Positions 4,847-5,210 of a stretch of DNA of 5,210 nucleotides are shown here, one piece after another. How positions within the stretch are numbered: the stretch's first letter is position 1; each line of letters starts with the position of its first letter. The translations under genes and the position numbers were made by a program. Below the pieces are notes generated by a model. It did not search any database. It was not told the origin of the DNA and saw only the letters and a program-made list of their open reading frames with translations. The DNA is from a virus. Location: IMG/VR virus record IMGVR_UViG_3300045988_002213, positions 1 to 5,210 of that record; one strand, given 5' to 3'.

Positions 4847-5118
4847 CAAACAAGACGGTTTGGTACAAAAAAGAAAAACCAGTCCAGATAAATATTATCC
4901 ATGATAGGCTTAATAGGAGTAGCCAAACGAGCGAAATAATTAACAGACATACGAGTAGTATCGCCAGGCAAAACCTCATCAACAAATACAGGTATAAGCT
5001 TGCCTGAGTTAAAAGTTGTCTTATAAACATGAGAACGGTCGAACTTAGTCCTTTTCATGTACATTGCAGGAGCATCGCTGAAGCGATGTCCTCGAACTCT
5101 TATTTTTTTTCGAGCCAA
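4847..5118 (-). other. Phantom copy of the VP1 5' end (first 90 codons) created by the inverted duplication
   Basis: The first 90 residues of minus-strand ORF 4723-5118 are identical to VP1 residues 1-90. It then continues into antisense VP3 sequence (CSLLTDCC...). Confidence 0.9.
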
Positions 5119-5198
5119 AATTTCACCTTCTTCGAAGTGTAAACCTAATAATTAACCTAAAGCAAATTATTCTTAGGTTTTAGATTATTTTTGCGTCA

Positions 5199-5210
5199 AG
5201 ATCGGAAGAG
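5199..5210. other. Illumina adapter remnant (AGATCGGAAGAG); technical sequence
   Basis: Exact match to the first 12 nt of the Illumina read-through adapter at the extreme 3' end of the window. Confidence 0.9.

Larger units (their letters stand above)
4847..5210. repeat. Right arm of the inverted duplication (reverse-complement copy of 1-364); judged a fold-back or chimeric assembly artefact
   Basis: Perfect reverse complement of 1-364, including the adapter 12-mer. The junction at 4846/4847 falls inside the VP3 ORF and corresponds to mid-codon 91 of VP1. Confidence 0.95.

Noticed and set aside
4723-5118. 131-aa minus-strand ORF that starts like VP1, and the 95-aa ORF at 4743-5030
   Set aside because: Both are products of the artefactual inverted copy of 1-364 fused to antisense VP3 sequence.
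1-5210. Biological terminal inverted repeats, meaning a linear genome with hairpin or protein-primed ends, or a transposon
   Set aside because: The repeat arms end in Illumina adapter 12-mers. The inner boundary cuts through two genes mid-frame. The gene content is that of a circular ssDNA microvirus.

Overview
This window is a nearly complete genome of a small circular-ssDNA phage of the family Microviridae, Gokushovirinae-like. It is not a cellular locus, and I see no defence system, tRNA, rRNA, CRISPR array or IS element. All credible genes are on the + strand, which is visibly T-rich with T-ending codons. They are tightly packed: VP1 major capsid (93-1724, TTG start), VP2 minor capsid/pilot (1738-2478), a 79-aa protein with an N-terminal hydrophobic segment (2484-2723), a 36-aa arginine-rich ORF missing from the ORF track (2720-2830, ATGA-coupled), VP4 rolling-circle replication initiator (2873-3784), an 80-aa orphan (3815-4054), a VP5-like protein (4023-4313) and the VP3 internal scaffolding protein (4421 to at least 4846). 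Three sigma70-type promoters share the architecture TTGACA-N14-TGN-TAnnnT and each sits on a gene boundary. A clean intrinsic terminator lies in the largest intergenic gap. The main caveat is technical. The last 364 nt (4847-5210) are a perfect reverse complement of the first 364 nt, and both extreme ends carry the Illumina adapter 12-mer. The apparent terminal inverted repeat is therefore a fold-back or chimeric assembly artefact. It corrupts the VP3 C-terminus, creates phantom minus-strand ORFs and leaves the circle unclosed. The most biologically interesting items are the two small genes between VP2 and VP4 (a candidate lysis/membrane protein and a J/ORF8-like DNA-condensing peptide) and the promoter/terminator layout.
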